From Thalia democratica (lineage: Eukaryota), in the NCBI GenBank assembly GCA_965202585.1, contig OZ241829.1:49228001-49292000 (forward strand): a stretch of 64,000 bases of DNA. Direction: 5' to 3'. Shown in pieces: positions 61,700 through 64,000 of this stretch. The notes below the pieces were generated by a model that saw only the letters and a list, made by a program, of their open reading frames with translations, made no database searches and had not been told where the DNA came from. Position numbers and translations under genes: made by a program. Numbering within the stretch: position 1 is the first letter of the stretch; the number at the start of each line of letters is the position of its first letter.

Positions 61700-61915
61700 T
61701 TTTTAGGGTTTTTTGTTCAAAATTCCAGGTTTTTTTAAACGTCTTAAATTCCACGTTAAATTTTGGTAAAATTGCCTATTGCAGGTATTTTAGCAATTCT
61801 GGAAGTTTTAAACTAAAATTTTTTTAGTGGTTTTTGTTCGAAACTCAAAAAATTTCCCAAAAATCCAGGAGTCTTTTGCCTAAATTTTTAAATTCCAGGT
61901 TTTTTGTCAACCCTC
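61700..61915. repeat. Degenerate AAATTCCAGG short-repeat array ending in a caaccct TIR-like end; similar units at about 60880-60950
   Basis: Repeated aaattccagg / aaattccac / aaatccagg units; terminal ttgtcaaccct resembles the CAGGGTTG family. Confidence 0.45.
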
Positions 61916-62084
61916 ATACAAAGCAGCTCCGCACATTCTTAAGACTTCTCACGTGTCATCACTTATGTAGACCGATCAAAAATTTTTACTTAAAACAAGC
62001 ACAAAAATTTCATATTTTTCAAATAGTTTATTTGGGCTTAAAACTATTACTTTTTATAAATTCTGATCAAACGAGCGTAGACTA

Positions 62085-62325
62085 TAATCTCACAGTAAGC
62101 TGACAATGTCTTAGACATTGAGATGTGAACAATTTACATGCGTCAATTTTCGGGCTTTAGCTTTAGTGCTTATGTAATTTAAAACGCTTGGCTGGACCTC
62201 AACAGCGTTTTGTAGCGACTATGCCTAGCTGATGTGTCCTAATATAGACGAAACGTATCGTAGGTTGTCTCGGATACTGTTGGTCGTGTGGTGAAGTTCA
62301 TTATTTATTATTGATGGCGCTAAAC
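62085..62325 (+). mobile_element. Diverged copy of the same PLE 3' end / pseudo-LTR family
   Basis: Colinear with 44147-44390 (aatctcaca...agctgacaatgtc...gcgtcaattt...gactat...gtgaagttcatt) and with the 43907 end (gatggc...aaacatctca). Confidence 0.75.
62217..62269 (+). ncRNA. Degenerate hammerhead
   Basis: CUGAUGU-GUC(CUAAUAUA)GAC-GAAA-CGUA-UC-GUAGGUUGUC; core A9 changed to U, stem III mismatch, stem I closing mismatch. Confidence 0.5.
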
Positions 62326-63003
62326 ATCTCAGATGAGTTAACATATAACCAGTAAATTACTTAAAGCTTTTACTTAAGTATTTATTTCTAGCCTATAATG
62401 TTTGTACATGAATCAGATAATAGCATTTTATAAGATCACGCGTCCGATAAAACAAATTACCGTCCCGATAACTGAAGTATTTTGCGGACTATCAAAATTT
62501 AGTATAAATTATTAGAAAAAGTACGTTCAACTCAAAGATGATTGAAAATATTTTCATAACTAGCATAACTGCTTACTCACGATAAAGTTAAACTTACACA
62601 AAATATATAGAATAAAAATTTATAAAAATTAATTTTAACAACCTGTAAGGGTTTAAGATATGTCACAGGCTTTATTGCTTAACTGGCCGGACCTGACCCG
62701 CAAGGCGTTGTTTAACAACACATTTACAAGCTAACTTGCAACCACAACGAAAAATTTAAATAATATATAATTCCTCCCAAAGTTATGTTGTTAATACTTT
62801 GGAAAACAACCACATTACACAAATGCTGTCCACAAGTACATTAAACTAAAACCATTTTAACGATAAGTTATAGAATACGTTTTAGTATATTAACTTGTAA
62901 TTATTTTCGGTAGTCATATCAAGTCTGATTTATATTTTCAACTATTTGAAACCATAAAATGATCTAGTTTTATACTACAGTCGTCATGTAGTATCTGAGA
63001 TTC

Positions 63004-63300
63004 ATGTTGCGACTTCGCGTTACATACTGTGTAATAATATTGTTTAGTTTACTATTAAAGTTTTTGTTATACAGCGGTTCAACTTTCTTAGTAGTTCTAT
63101 TTTTACATTTATATTTTATTTGAATACAATGCAAGTCTGAAGTTTGTTGTAAATTTTAATTTCTTATCATAATTGATCGGTCATAAATAAATTAGTTATT
63201 AAAATGAGAAAAAAAGAAGCAGCTTAAAAGAAATCTACGAATGATATTTATGTTGTAGGTAACTTTGCAGAGACTCTTGATCCTACGGCGAACCAAATTG
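63004..63300 (+). CDS. Possible first exons of a downstream secreted or membrane protein gene: 63004..63076 + 63259..63300
   Basis: MLRLRVTYCVIILFSLLLKFLLYS then GNFAETLDPTANQI is signal-peptide-like; the second exon has clean ttgtag / gtatgc sites, the first donor (gttcaa) is weak. Confidence 0.3.
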
Positions 63301-64000
63301 GTATGCAAGTTGGATAACAAGCTATCAAAATGGCTACATACTAAAACTAGTTAATTTATTCATTTTTTTCCTAAAAATTGTACTGATGTGTTTTATCAAC
63401 TATAGATATCATATTAAAATATTTTTTATCTTAGTTTTAAACAAAATGAACTTTTTGTATTTTTTTGATTTATTTCGTTATGTTTCTTTCGGTTTAAATG
63501 ACTTAGGTTTTGATTAATAATAATAATTCTATTTCAGATTTAAAATATGAGAAAGAATTGACTTCTAAACTAAAATAAATGCAATTTGTGATTAACTAGC
63601 AAATGTATAATCTAGTTCATAATTTAGCTAATTAAATACAAAAATGTATGTTTATAGGAAAAAAAAATAGCTAGTCAAAGATTTCAGAATGACATACAGG
63701 TACTTAAAACAATTTTAAAACAGATAAAAAAGTTTTTAACTGAATAATATTTTCATAAATTACTAGTATTTTGTTATAAGTTTTATTTAACAAAAAAATT
63801 AAGGAATGTGCAAAAAAACGAATTTTTTTAATTTATAACGAATATGATTTATAAAACACTTAGAATGAAACAATTTAGGCATGTATTTTAGCAGCAAAAT
63901 ATAAAATACTTCGTTAATAAGTTTAGACTTACTAAACTGCTACTAAATATTTAACTACAACTTTTTTAAACAGTTTTATGAACGAACATAGTATGAAAGA

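Overview
Very AT-rich eukaryotic (metazoan) DNA with GT-AG introns and many transposon relics. The style suggests a cnidarian such as Hydra, but that is inference. Contents: (1) the 3' part of a Turtle/IGSF9-like Ig+FN3 transmembrane adhesion gene, 17 phase-consistent exons at 236-14672 (~1080 codons in the window, 5' end outside), ending in a PDZ-type motif; (2) a near-identical tandem duplication (11258-25045 and 25044-39554) that copies the last four exons, where copy 2 holds a 759-bp pogo/Tigger-type element and copy 1 holds its TA-CA-TA excision-type footprint; (3) a complete 6-exon folliculin (FLCN) gene, 44931-53253, 567 aa; (4) many Penelope-like element (PLE) relics (RT, GIY-YIG). Several PLE relics carry minimal type I hammerhead ribozymes, including an inverted pair just upstream of FLCN. 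The window also has hAT-type MITEs and an unclassified ~120-150-bp repeat family with a conserved, covarying hairpin. All exon models, alignments and folds were made by eye; no searches were run.
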